Assembly (NCBI GenBank): GCA_030390025.1
Contig: CM059432.1
Span: forward strand, 21,206,001-21,270,000
Length of the DNA: 64,000 nucleotides
Origin: Squalus acanthias
Lineage: Eukaryota
Direction of reading: 5' to 3'
Part shown: positions 26,065 to 39,084 of the stretch, piece after piece
Layout of the letters: each line of letters begins with the position of its first letter
Position numbering within the stretch: the first letter of the stretch is position 1
Notes under the pieces: model-generated
Databases searched by the model: none
What the model saw: only the letters and a program-made list of their open reading frames with translations
Told to the model about the DNA's origin: nothing
Program-made: the position numbers and the translations under genes

Positions 26065-27621
26065 GGGCTGGATTTTAACTTTGCGACAGGCTGGGAGCGG
26101 GGTGGAGATGGGCCAGTAGCACACAGGAAACCCGGAAGTAACTGCTGCGCGTCTGTCAGTGGCTTTTTAACCCAGTCACTGCATTACCATAGCATTTCTG
26201 GGTTTCCCGACCAATTAGCATGAGTGGGCGTGATGACAACCCGCATGAGGCGAGTTCAACTCCAGTATTTAAAGGGACACTCCAAATATTCAATTTGATG
26301 GAGTTGGGAGCACAATAGACGGAATTGGCAGAATGAAATCCAGACATTCAAAGGTTGCGCCTTGTTTTAGTGACGCCTCCCTAGATTTTTTTTAATTCAT
26401 TCTTGGAATATGGGCGTTGCTGGCAAGGCCAGCATTTATGGCCCATCCCTAATTGCCCTTGAGAAGGTGGTGGTGGTGAGCTGCTTTCTTGAACCCCTGC
26501 AGTCCGTGTGGTGAAGGTTCTCCCACAGTGCTGTTAGGGAGGGAGTTCCAGGATTCTGACCCAGTGACGATGAAGGAACGACAATATATTTCCAGTTCAG
26601 GATGGTGTGTGGAGGGGAACTTGGAAGTGATGGTGTTCCCATGTGCCTGCTGCCCTTGTCCTTCTAGGTGGTAGAGGTCGCGGGTTTGGGAGGTGCTGTC
26701 GAAGAAGCCTTAGCGAGTTGCTGCTGTGCATCTTGTAGATGGTACACACTGCAGCTACGGTGTGCCGGTGGTGGAAGGAGTGAATGTTTAAGGGGAAACA
26801 TCCTCCCTGCATCCAGTCTGTCTAGCCCTATCAGAATTTTATACATTTCAATGAGATCCCCTCTCATTCTTCTAAACTCTAGTGAATACAGGCCTAGTCG
26901 ACCCAATCTCTCCTCATACGACAGTCCTGCCATCCCAGGAATCAGTCTGGTGAACCTTCGCTGCACTTCCTCTATGGCAAGTATATCCTTTCTGAGGTAA
27001 GGAGACCAAAACTGCACACAGTACTCCAGGTGTGGTCTCACCAAGGCCCTGTACAACTGTAGTAAGACATCCTTGCTCCTGTACTCAAATCCTCTTGCAA
27101 TGAAGGCCAACATACCATTTGCCTTCATAACTGCTTGCTGCACCTGCATGTTTGCTTTCAGTGACTGGTGTACCAGGACACCCAGGTCCCTTTGTACATC
27201 AGCATTTCCCAGTCTGTCACCATTTAAAAAATACTCTACCTTTCTGTTTTTCCTACCAAAGTGGATAACTTCACATTTATCCACATTATACTGCATCTGC
27301 CATGTCTTCAGCGCCCTCAATTGCCGCTGTGTTCTCACCTTGCTGTCACTGGCGAGCTCCAGGAAGCTCGGGAAGCCTGTGGACCCACAGTTAAATTGCA
27401 AAAGCCATGTTAATATCGCTACAATTGTGCGATTCACGTATTGAAATTGACAGCCTGCCTCTCCTGAGGGGGTTGCGCGCAGGCAGCCTAACGCGCTGGA
27501 GTGAAATGCAGAAGTAGGCAGGTTGGAGCCGGCTTCCCAATACGCTCGCATTTTTCCATGACTTAGCCCCCCTCCACCCACACCCAAATCCACGCGCTCA
27601 CCCACATTAAAATTCCTCCCC
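26065..27621. mobile_element. Harbinger MITE carrying nested LINE fragments
   Basis: TIR-like gggctggattttaa / ttaaaattcctcccc; TSD TAA (26062-26064, 27622-27624). Confidence 0.8.
26388..27305 (-). mobile_element. Chimeric LINE fragment: CR1 RT C-terminus (27305-26790) fused to the 3' end of a second CR1-superclade LINE (26790-26388)
   Basis: WQMQYNVDKCEV...LDAGRMFPL runs directly into aacattcactccttccaccaccgg...gggcaattagggatgggccataaatgctggcc, which matches 34800-35200. Confidence 0.85.
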
Positions 27622-29869
27622 TAAGGGAATCAAGGGATATGGGGTTAGGACGGGAATGTAGAATTTGGTAGAAGATCAGCCATGATCAAGGGGCCCTATG
27701 GCCTACTCCTGCTCCTATTTCTTATGTTCTTATAAATGAATGTCAGATTCCTTTATGTTAATAAGTCAAACAAATAGTTTTATTGACACTCCAGCCAGTC
27801 ACATAACCTCATTATGACCGCCAAGAGTCTTGATGCTTGTTGATAAAGCTTTTTTGTTCCTTGTTAGATGCCATGTGGTAATCTGTGTTAATGAAAAAAA
27901 GTCAGAGATGAGAAAACGCCTTTGGCTCACTGAAGCTCATCACTCTAGTATATTGAGTCTCCCATTATGTAATTTAATGGTATTTTGAATAACATAAATG
28001 TTTATCCATTTATTTCCTTGGTTGGTAGATTATTCCAAACATTTATCATTCTTGGAGTAAATAAGCATTTCTGGAAATCATTTTTATATTGCTTTTCATT
28101 GATTTCCATCTAGTGCTACTTGGCTGACTTACCACTTAATGATTTTTAGAATTTGATTAGCCCCCCTCCTCACCTTCATGAAATACTCAATCCCAAATCC
28201 TGTTTAACAAGACTTGGATACTGCTGCCAAACCTGGGGAAGCTCTGTGAGCACCTCTTTTGTACTTCTTGAGAGGATACAAGGAAAGTCCCAGCTTTTTG
28301 GATCATTTCCAGACCAATGGTCCCAAGTTTGTGTGCTCACATCCAGCAAGAAAGAACTGTCCCAGAACATCTGTGAGGGCTGTTTTCTGGTATATTAGTT
28401 AGGTAGATAGATGTTCTGAAAGGTCACTCAATGACTTTGGTGGGTCAGCATGAAACTTTCCTCAAGATATTATGTATGTATCTATCTTATGCATATATCT
28501 ATATCTATATAAGGTAGATTGTACATGGTGTATCCAAGGAACTGGCTTGATGGGTTGAATGGTCTTTTTGCATTCACTGCTTGCTTGGGTTATGCACGGA
28601 GTTTCAGCTGCATTTCCTTCAGCAAGGTAGTTTTAAAAGCCTTCTCTTGAGAGAAATATTTAGTTATATAACTTGTGTCAAGTCAGGTGTTAAAACCTGG
28701 TACCTTAATGACTGTAGACAGTACCACCTGTGACTGGTACAAGAGCCGGGCGGCCGTTAAGTAACTTGACCACCTCCAGAAAGTGCCAACGGCTTCGGGC
28801 GGAGGAGCGCGTGGAGAAGGAGGGTAGTAGGGCACTTGATGGAGGAAATTCCATTGAAAGATGGATGAGCTGATCGTTGAATTAGCCAATGGCATCCACA
28901 ACCTGCAAGCCGTGACGCAGCAGCAGTGCATACTGAGTCAGTGAAAGAGCAACCATGGACAGACTGAAACACAGCATCAGGGTTTCCCTGAAAAGGTGTG
29001 GAGGACAGTTGCGGGAGCTCCAACGATTGTCCACCGATGATGATGATGATGATTAATGCTTTTTCACATTGTTGTAAAGTCTCAAAGTGCTTAATGCCAT
29101 GGATTGCCTTTGGATTGCAGTGACTATTACTATGCACACAAACTGTATTCAAATTGCAATGTGCCTTAAATGGAGATCAATGGCAGCACATAAAGCTCAC
29201 ACATTGAAATGTATTATAAGCTTCAAATTTAAATATTCCTTAAGTTAACCTCAATCATGGCATGCAAGGACAAGAATATTAAAAAGCAGTGAATGAGGAA
29301 AGACCATTAACTCCTAAGCCCATTCTTTCAAATTAATTATAACTATGTGTAATTGCCTTTCATGGGCTTTGCTCAACTTATATTATATTTTATTTCTCCC
29401 TTCATTTTTTTTAATTACGCGTAAGTTCTTCACCTTTATAAGGTCTGCCCATTACACACATCGTTTGTTGGCTAAGAGAGTGGGCAAGCAACCTCTTCTC
29501 ATATCAGTTGTGCTATGTATCCAACTACTGGGAGTGCACAAGAGTGGCATGGAGTGAATGGCCTGCCAATTAACTCTTCCTCTACGTAAAGCTGTTTTCC
29601 CCCTTCTGACAGCATAGATGAGATTAAATACTCATCATGAGGGAAATCTCTGGCTTGAATTCAGATTCTGCAAGTAGATTCTACAACTGATGATTTAATA
29701 CTGTTGTTTAAACTGTCTCCCCTTCATTTTATGGGAAATGCAATAAAATAAGTATTTGTTTCTTTTAAGTTTCCACTTTATCGCGTTTGATGAGTGAATG
29801 CTTCTTAAATGATAAAATTGTTTCTCAGTGCTGAGATTCCCTCACTTTGAGGAACTGTTCTCCTTTTCT

Positions 29870-32330
29870 TGGGTTTCACCCTTGCACAGTCACCTTGGGA
29901 GTACCCCAAGGTACTATTCTTGGCCCATTTTTTTCCTCCTCTTATATATTGTTCCTTAGTGAGTTTATCCATAGGCATGGCGCCAGCTTCCAAATGTACA
30001 TTGACAACACCCAGCTCTATCTCTCAGTTACCACGCTCAACTGTGGTGTCAGATTTATTGTTCAACATGATGAGCCAAAACTATCTCCAAATTACCATTA
30101 CAAATATGATCCTTTGGCTCCCCCCAAAATCTTCTCATCCTGGTCACAAATCCCATCCCTTCTCCAGCTGCTCATTCCGGCTGACCCTGATGGTGTGCAA
30201 GCTTTGTGTCCTGTTTGACCCTGAGCTGTTATTCAAGCCCCATATCCTATCCATTACCAAAACTGCTTCCTTTCACCTCTGCAACACCACCCACCTCTGC
30301 CCTCACTTCAACCCAATTGCTGCTGAAATCCTTACCCATGCTTATGCTCCTTCTTGTAGTGGGTGGTATGTGGGGTCAGACTTCACCTCTGACTCAGTGA
30401 GCAGTTCGAACCGCTCCCACGCCCCTGGTTCTGGACCTTGGACTTATTTAAGGGTTGTGAACAAAGATGCAGTAGACAACAGGCTCTGCTGAAAGAATTT
30501 TGACTTTATTAAAAGAAAAAGGTAACAAACTTAAAACACACTTAACACTTAAACACAGGTTGGGGAACACACGGTACAGGCGAGGGAGAATGACAATATA
30601 CAAAAAACCTTATCCCTCCCAAAAATCCCACTATCTAGCTAGGTTTTGGTTTCAGGAGATCAGGGATAATGCTCACCAAACAGGGGTTTTGACAGTGCGA
30701 AATCCAGCCAGGTAAGTTGATTGCGATTTTGAGGTACTCTCTTTTTGTCCTTTGGGGCCTGCCGTCCCCATGTGGTACCGGTCTGTGAAATCTGCGATGG
30801 TGGTCTGGTCGTCGAGTTTTGTTGCGTTGGAAGCTTGTCGGGGCGGTACCTTCTGGGGCTGGACCGTGGGTTGAGCGATGCCGACTCACTCCCAGCCTCC
30901 AGTGACCTTGGCTAGTGGCTGCTAGTGCTAGACCGTGTACTGAGCGATGCCGACTCGCTCCCAGTGGCCTCAGCTCTAGCCCTTGCCTGGCCTAATCTGT
31001 CCTTGCCTCCGATCTCGCCCCGGGTCTGCCTCGTGGCCTTGCTGCTTCTCTCCTCCTCCTGCTCATGTCGTGTGGCTGGTAGTGTCTTGCTGGAACTTGC
31101 TGCAATTGGAACAGAGCTGAGAGAGAGACTTTCTTGGGGGATTAGGCCCTCAATTATACTGTTCAGACCCTTTGTCTTTTTCGCGCCAAAACCCCTTACT
31201 AAATCGGTTTCGTGTTGAAGTGATTTAGGTTTCAGTTGAGGCCTGTTCATTCCATTGTCTTAGTTTTGCGGGCTTGTTAAGTTTTGATGGGTTTAACTTG
31301 GTGTTAAATTGTCCTGATGGCTTCCGATGTCTCCCATTTAGGCAGGGCCTTTATCTACGCGCCAAATCTTGTCCCTATAGATACCTGGCTGATTGGTTTT
31401 TGATGAAGTAATGGCTGTACTAGATGTTTTATTGTTTACAGGCTTCTGGCATCCTGTTTGGGCCTGGGGATATTCAAAAGGTGTCTTGAATTATTCAATT
31501 TTGGATGTGTTGTGAGGTATTGGGTGAGGTTCTTCCTCCTGCCAGGATTGCAGTGCCAACAAATTCCATACAGCTTGACTCCAAAAGCTGTCTACTGCCT
31601 CGCCACACCCCTTCGCAAAGGTGTTTTTTTTTACCTTAGTAATTTTCAAAAGTCATTTTTCCTCAGGGTTTTTCTTCCCTGATCTTTAAAATGTCCAAAA
31701 CTGAGGTTTTTACCTCAAATCACTTGACTTATGTCCTATCATCCCAAATTCGTAGGAAAAATCCAAAAATCACCCCTTTTAGGGTTCTATACGAGTTTCT
31801 GGGGAATTTTGTGAAGCTTACATTCTCCAAAGCACTCAGCACAAGGTTTCAGAACTCTATTCTATCCAAGCTCCAGCCCACCCAGGAATTCACTGTCTGA
31901 ATACTGTCCTGCACCAAGTCCAAATCACTGCTCACCCCTGTCCTCAGTTACTTCTGCTAGTTCCTTGTCTCCAACACAATGAATTTAAAATCCTCATGCT
32001 TGTTTAAAAAAATCCCTCCATGACCTCTCCTCATCCTACCTCCACAACCTCCTCCAGCCCTTGCCTTCTGGAGTCTCCTGTGCTTCCCCTGCCCTCTTCT
32101 TCGTCATCATTGGTGAAACCTTCTCTGGCCCTACTCTCTGCAACTATCTCCCTAGACCTTTGCTTTGCTGCCTTCTTCCCACTTTTAAAAGCCTCCTCCA
32201 ACTATTTTTTAGTCACCTACTCTTAATTCTTCTCTCACTGCTGCTCGGCATCTGTTTCTCTGTAGTGAAGCGCCTTGAGATGTTTGCTATGTTAAATGCA
32301 TTAGTGAATGCAAATTGCTCATGTTGTTGT
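29870..32330 (+). mobile_element. Degenerate L2 LINE interrupted by a solo LTR
   Basis: GVPQGTILGP...YIDNTQLYLS, VLFDPELLFKPHILSITKTASFHL; 3' part and tail (gtgaagcgccttgagatg...aatgcaaattgc..tgttgttgtt) follow 31826. Confidence 0.8.
30355..31822 (-). mobile_element. Solo LTR (Gypsy/ERV-type), 1468 bp
   Basis: TGTAG...TTACA termini; 4-bp TSD TTCT (30351-30354, 31823-31826); AATAAA on the minus strand near 30505. Confidence 0.75.
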
Positions 32331-33187
32331 TATTTCTCTGTGGGTGGTATCTTTTCCAGCAGACAGGTATCCCTCCAGCTAGCAGACCTATATATAAATG
32401 CCGTGCTGATCTCAGTTGCTAGGATATGTACAAGATCAGCCTACAGCAGGTCATCCTGAGATTCTTGTTTCCTTCCTCTGCTCAGCACCAAGGCTGAGAA
32501 TTGATATCAATTGATATCAATCTGTTGCACAACACATCGAGGCTTCATTGTGATGAGTACTGCCACAAACTCAAAGCATTTAAGATAAAAACTTCCACTA
32601 ATATACAAGCATATTTGTAGCAGTAATAAGACACTGACAATGAGCGTCCAAATCTGTGTCTTTATTTCTATTTGAACTCAATTCTGTTTAATGGCTGAAT
32701 CACTAGATGGAACTCTTGATACTGCATGAGGGGGAGATGTGAGTGGGGAGAGGAAATGGCAGTAAAGCCTTTGTGTGTACACTCTTCTGGTTTCATGGAG
32801 CATTGCTGACAACAGCTGTGCAGGATACTGTGGCTCAAATTGTCCTATGCTGCTAAAATGGAGAGTGAATGCACCATTAAAGCTGCATTGTTGCCAGTTA
32901 ATATCGGATTAATATGTCAAGAGATACCGATAGTACACCGAAAGTTTGAGACTCCAAGACAGTAATAGACATAAGGATCTGCTGAAAGATTTATTCATAA
33001 AAACAGGGCAACAAAGATGCACCTTTCCTGTTAAAGCTTTCCTTTGGAGGTGCTAAAAACTGTGGTCCCAGAACTTCTGGACAGAGTGGAAGACTTCATT
33101 TCTAAGCATGGGCTCCGAACATGGGGCAGAACCCCGTTACACCGAAATTTCAAATGGAGGTTCAGGTCAGGCACTGCTGTAGTCATA

Positions 33188-34080
33188 GGGGTAAAAATTC
33201 AGTTGGTTGCGCCTCCCGTTAGCGCCTTAAGAGGGCGCTAATGGGGCGCAAAGCCGCTAACGCCCGGGCGCAGCGATGTTTGCGCCGCTCGGGAACTTAA
33301 CTAGAGATTGTGCGGCGGCGCTAAACTTTACCGCTGCGACCACCTGCGCGCGCAGATTGTGACGTCATTCCATGGTGCAACGCCCTTGTGGCGCCCTGGA
33401 GCGGAAATTGAGTGGCGCCCCCTGCCTTACCGCCTGGCGCATCCAACGACCAGAAGACTGGAACGCTATCAATCGCTGTGGGGCTGGGGGGGGCGCTATT
33501 TAAAGGGGGCCTCTTCCTGTCTTTTATTGTTGGTGGCATTTTTGAACTACGCATTCTGAGAGAGAGAGGGAGAGACTTCTGGAGAGATTCAACGTTGTGT
33601 GAAGGAGTTTTGGGTACTGAGCAGCACTTTGCAGGTTCATTTTGATTTGCCATTCCTTGTATCGATTTAGCAGAGACTGTGGAAGCTGCACTCTGAGCTC
33701 TTTGCCTGGTACTCTCCATTGTTCTTTCCAGCACATTTGATGTGCAAGTCTCTCCAGGCCGAGATTCAAGGCTGCAATGAACAGGATGTGGATGGAAAGC
33801 AAGATTAAGCATCCCCTTTAAGAACTGGCCCGTGCCATTGTGTGTGTGTTCCATTGCTGACTGACATTACATGAGCTTCGCCAGTGCTCTGAGTTAGCGC
33901 CTCACTCCTTGGCCTTTGCACCTTAAGACAGGTGTGCAGCGCCTGATTTAGCGCTCCACTCACCTCCCGGGGCGGTAAAAGTGAAGTTTCCAGTCAGTGC
34001 CGATAATTAGCGCCAGGCGCTAATATTTGCGTCCAGACGATATTTGCGCCCCAAATGGGGCGCGACCTAATTTTTCCCCC
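33188..34080. mobile_element. Harbinger MITE, 893 bp
   Basis: TIRs ggggtaaaaatt / aatttttccccc; TSD ATA on both sides; repeated ttagcgcc subterminal motifs shared with the 46707-49428 element. Confidence 0.88.
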
Positions 34081-34592
34081 ATAGAGTCATACAGCACAGA
34101 AAGAGGCCCTTCGGCCCATCGTGTCCGCGCCGGCCATCAAGCCCTATCTATTCTAATCCCATTTTCCAGCACTTGGTCGGTAGCCTTGTACGCTATGGCG
34201 TTTCAAGTGCTCATCTAAATGCTTCTTGAATGTTGTGAGGGTTCCTGCCTCTACCACCCTTTCAGGCAGTGAGTTCCAGATTCCAACCACCCTCTGGGTG
34301 AAAAAGTTTTTTCTCAAATCCCCTCTAAACCTCCTGCCCCTTACCTTGAAACTATGCCCCCTGGTTATTGACCCCTCTACTAAGGGGAAAAGTTCCATTC
34401 TATCAACCCTATATATGCCCCTCATAATTTTGTACACCTCAATCAGGTCCCCCCTCAGCCTTCTCTGCTCTAAGGAAAACAACCCCAGCCTGTCCAGTCT
34501 CTCTTCATAGCTGAAGCGCTCCAGGCCAGGTAACATCCTGGTGAATCTCCTCTACACCCTCTCCAATGCAATCACATCCCTCCTATAGTGTG
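34081..34592 (-). mobile_element. CR1 3' fragment (same subfamily as 50850-54027)
   Basis: MLPGLERFSYEERLDRLGLFSLEQRRLRGDL...SAGKWD, nearly identical to ORF 53484-53939. Confidence 0.93.
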
Positions 34593-34619
34593 CCCGATCA
34601 GGTGTGATGTGTCAGGCTG

Positions 34620-35205
34620 ATGTGCAGCGAGTGTCTCACCCCCTGACTCCCAAAAGCATTTCCACCAACTACAAGGCACAAGTCAGGAGTGTGATGGAAT
34701 ACTCTCCACTTGCCTGGATGAGTGCAGCTCCAACAATACTCAAGAAGCTCGACACCATCCAGGACCAAGCAGCCTGCTTGATTGGCACCCCATCCACCAC
34801 CTTAAACATTCACTCCCTCCACCACCGGCGTACCGTGGCTGCAGTGTGTACCATCTACAAGATTCACTGCAGCAACTCACCAAGGCTTCTTCGGCAGCAC
34901 CTCCCAAACCCCCGACCTCTGCCACCTAGAAGGACAAGGGCAGCAGGCGCATTGGAACACCACCACCTCTAAGTTCCTCTCCAAGTTACACACCATCCTG
35001 GCTTGGAAATATATTGCCGTTCCTTCATCGTTGCTGGGTCAAAATCCTGGAACTCCCTCCCTAACAGCACTGTGGGAGTACATTCACCACAAGAACTGCA
35101 GCGGTTCAAGAAGGCGGCTCACCACAACCTTCTCAAGGGCAATTAGGGATGGGCAATAAATGCTGGCCTTGCCAGCGACGCCAACATCCCATGAACAAAT
35201 AAAAA
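34620..35205 (+). mobile_element. 3' end of a non-LTR retrotransposon (CR1 superclade, distinct family)
   Basis: YKAQVRSVMEYSPLAWMSAAPTILKKLDTIQDQAACLIG; tail gggcaataaatgctggccttgccagcgacgcc. Confidence 0.85.
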
Positions 35206-35384
35206 TGGCTCAGACATGCAAATGACCCCCATCGCTACATCTTTGACCATGGGCAACAGACATTTCTGAGAGTTGTGTTCCTCTGTGGCCTTCTGAAGGC
35301 CCAAACCTTCACTAGGCTAAGGTAATTACTCCCAGAGGGTAAGTGGCTCCCTTTGGAGCCAAAGGTTGTAGAATGGAATTGTTT

Positions 35385-35963
35385 CCAGGCCTGAGACCAC
35401 ACCTGGAGTACTGTGTGCAGTTTTGGTCTCCTTACCTAAGAAAGGATATACTTGCCATAGAGGGAGTGCAGTGAAGGTTCACCAGACTGATTCCTGGAAT
35501 GGCAGGACTGTCGTATGACGAGAGATTGGGTCGACTAGGCCTGTATTCACTAGAGTTTAGAAGAATGAGAGGGGATCTCATTGAAACGTATAAAATTCTG
35601 ACAGGGCTAGACAGACTGGATGCAGGGAGGATGTTTCCCCTGGCTGGGGGCTCTAGAACGAGGGGTCATAGTCTCAGGATACGGGATAGGACATTTAGGA
35701 CTGAGATGAGGAGAAATTTCTTCACTCAGAGGGTGGTGAACCTGTGGAATTCTCTACCACAGAAGGCTGTGGAGGCCAAGTCACTGAATATATTTAAGAA
35801 GGAGATAGATAGATTTCTAGACACAAAAGGCGTCAAGGGGTATGGGGAGAGAGCGGGAATATGGTATTGAGATAGCGGATCAGCCATGATCATATTGAAT
35901 GGCGGAGCAGGCTCGAAGGGCCGAATGGCCTACTCCTGCTCCTATTTTTCTATGTTTCTATGC
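35385..35963 (+). mobile_element. CR1 3' fragment with tail
   Basis: [13 protein letters not shown]...RRMRGDLIETYKIL...; tail ggcctactcctgctcctatttttctatgtttctatg. Confidence 0.93.
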
Positions 35964-37724
35964 TTCATCATTCCTGTTTTGCCCCAGCATGACCTTAGGC
36001 GGAGCAGCTGTGGACCACGTAGAAGGGTAGATCAGGTTGGGTACCACTAATGCATCCTTTCAGCACCAGCAGCGCTCCCAAGTCATGCAGATGACCCTGT
36101 ACCAGGGATTTGGGTGCATCTCCAGCCCAGGATGAGTGTTCTGCTCTGTGGCACTTGTGCTGGCTGAATGAACCCCCAGGAATTTTGAATTTATTGCCCA
36201 GATTGTTCTGAAACCACTTGCGTTGCAGGATTGTCAGTTTTCTGAATGGTCACTCAATTTTGATATAGAAATATCCAGCCTGCAGAGCGGCAAATCCTGT
36301 TCATGGTGTCTTTTATTAATATATCAAATTTTACTTTGATTTGTTATTTCTTTTGTCCGCACAATATTTGTAAAAATTGTCCCAAGTGAGACTCGCATCA
36401 TCCAGATTTGCAGACAATGCTGCCAATGGACGGGTAACATATTTGCAGAATATTAAAACACAAAGGAACAGCAAACTAAACCAAGGCCTTAAAAACGTGC
36501 AAATGGTTTCTCCTTCCCTCACACACGCCTCATTGAAAATTAGTAAGAGGGAAGCAGTTCAGATAAGACATCTTGTCTCAGGCGCACAAATTGCTGATTT
36601 TTTTAAACATATTTCATGATTGAAATGCTTATCTTTTAATGCTAAGAAGTTATGGATGAAAGGAGAATTTTTATTTAATTCATTTAATCCCCCATTTTAA
36701 ATTTGCACTGGAAATTATGTCAGTGTTTGCTCACTTAAAGTGCCTGTGCAACCACTGTCAATCACATGAGCATTTTATGTTTTCAGTCGCCATGGGACTG
36801 TTGCTATGGAGACAGTTGACAGAAGGGAAGGAGATAAATTCATTACTCCAGAGCAATGAAAGAAACAGTCAAAAGTTTGTTGAGAAATGATCGATGAGGG
36901 TGAGAGAACTGTAAAGGTATTTTGGGTTGGGATTTGAAGGTCTATTTCTTACCTTTGATCCAATTTAATTCAGAAAATCTAGGTCCCAAAATGCACCTAT
37001 TTTTCCTGGAGTTTGTTATTCCTGTACATTTCCATTTTGTGTTTATTTACTCCATTTATCATTATGTCACGTCATTTTAAGCACAGTTCCCTCCTCTTCA
37101 ATGTAGCTCTTTTGTTTTTTTTATCATTAAGACGAGAGATATTAGTGCTGGGGAATAGAACATTTCCCATTTCAGTCACTCAGTGACACAGCTAGTGTTT
37201 CCATGGCAGGCATGGTGTAGTTATATTCAGACTAATGCTCTATTTATGCTGCCCCAGCAGTGTGCCTCAGCCCCAACATCAGAAGAGCTGTCATTATTGT
37301 ACCACTGTGATATTTTACATCTCTACTGCAAGTCATCCTGTGACCTCGCCAAATGAGATTGCCAATTAGTGCTGAATTAGGGGCAGTTTTGTGCTTTGAG
37401 CACTAGTGAATTGTGACTGCCTAAATGCATTTCATGTACAGTGGAACACATTCTCCAGTAGATAACTCAAACTGGTGGATAATTGGGAGGATCCCCAAAT
37501 TTTGCTCATCCACATATGGTATTGCAGCACCTGGGAATGAAGATCAGTACAGAAAAAATAACAAAAGAAACATAATGTAGTGTTATTTACCAAGATAGGA
37601 AATTAAATTCAATAACAGTGGAAGCTGTTGAAGGAGGTCATGGCTTACACGAGGCTTTGTCCTAGAAAGATTCTGGTGGATAATAAGAATGATAGATAAT
37701 AGGAGTGCGGATGATGGAAGTTCT

Positions 37725-37940
37725 ATTCTAGTTCGATACCTTGGTGTCCTGCTTGACACAGAGTTCAGCTTCAAAATCACATCCTATCCATCACCAAGAT
37801 TGCTTACTTCCACCACCACAATATTGCGAATCTCAGTCCCTCCACTATTGAAACTTTTATCCATGTTTTTATTACCTGTAGATAATATCCTCCTTGCTGA
37901 TCTCTTATTCTCTACTCTTCATATACTCCATATGGTCCTA
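37725..37940 (+). mobile_element. Old L2 fragment
   Basis: RYLGVLLDTEFSFK; cacatcctatccatcaccaagattgcttacttccac resembles L2 ORF2. Confidence 0.6.
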
Positions 37941-38793
37941 AGCAGTAGTGGTAAGGGATCTCCAGTATGTGGGGATCCACCACCTGCTGCCAATCTCCCC
38001 CAGCTGTTGTGAGCTGTCCTCTCCTTCAAAAAGGAAGTAAAAAGTCATATTGCCTCTGAATACCAATAAACCAAGCCCCTGAAATTCTGACGGCTGGAGA
38101 CATTGGAGCAGCCACATTGCCGGCTGATGCGCTGCAATTTGGGGTGGAACTCAGTTTTGCTCTATGAAAGAAGCCCAGAATTTCTAGTCATAGTATGAGG
38201 GTGTGGGTGAGTCCTCTTCCCGTGCTCCTATTATCGAGCGGCTGCCTGAGGGAGTTCCCAGGCTACTCTGGCAATTTTGTCTATTATGCCCTTGCAAAGC
38301 CTCAAGCCTGGTGTGAGTTTCATTGAGGCTCTTGAAAAGCCTCCAAAAGTTCTGTCGACGAAGGTAATCAATCTCCTTCCCAACAGTGGCACTAAGCTGC
38401 TCCTAGGGGAATTTTTCAGAACGCTGCTATTCGCTTCAGCCCTTCTTGAGCCTCTGATCTGCTACTGAAGCAGCACAGTGAGGCTCCGATTTTCCTGCCC
38501 ACTGTTGAGGAGAATGCCACTGATGTGCCCTTACAGGCATGTGCCACCCATCCTGAGTCTTTAAATAGCCTTGTCCTAACAATTTGGGACAAGGTATGCT
38601 GGCAGAGCTGGACTCGGGAACACAGGGAAAGGATGGTGGGTGCCTGCACGAAGTAATGAATTTCTATTTGAGTCTTTAGTGGGGTGATTACAGTAAGGGT
38701 GTGCATAGAGGAACACTTGCAGTTGAATACTGGAGATGTAAAGGGCAATGCACTGCCTCCTGGGCATTGATGGTAAGCAATTAAAGCGCTTTA

Positions 38794-39084
38794 TCAGTTT
38801 AAAAGGAGGTCTTTAAATAGTGGCCAGTCTAAGAAGGTGTGACTGTCTGATCTTACCTTGTGTGACCAGGTAAGGTTGTTAGACTTCTTCTTGCACTGAG
38901 AGGCGTTGCATGGGGTCACGGAGTTAGCACTGGTAGCCTTAGCCACTTCCTTCCAGTGACCCTGATTTGCCCTTTCTGTTCCGAGTAAGGCCTCCTTCCT
39001 GTCCCTAACCTCCTGCAGGTGCCCTTCCATATCTGCACCAGCAGATGTAGTGGCTGTATGGCCTGCAGCAAATCTTTCCGACAT
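38794..39084 (-). pseudogene. Harbinger Myb/SANT-like (trihelix) DNA-binding ORF remnant
   Basis: LQEVRDRKEALLG...WKEVAKATSANSVTPCNASQCKKKSNNL fits the Myb/SANT-like pattern W..VA.......QCKK..NL. Confidence 0.7.

Larger units (their letters stand above)
25772..27735 (+). mobile_element. CR1 3' fragment split by a nested MITE (26065-27621)
   Basis: RGHSLRIRGRPFRTEKRRDFFTQRVVNLWNSLP...LDRFLGAK|G; resumes at taagggaatcaagggatatggg (27622) with a CR1 tail. Confidence 0.88.

Noticed and set aside
28780..29056. Coding-like purine-rich stretch ending in DDDDDD*
   Set aside because: It has stops in every frame and no recognisable motif; possibly a decayed TE ORF.
31601..31620. LTR boundary at 31607 with an adjacent polypurine tract
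   Set aside because: The boundary at 31822 gives a CA end plus an exact 4-bp TSD and explains the L2 junction better.
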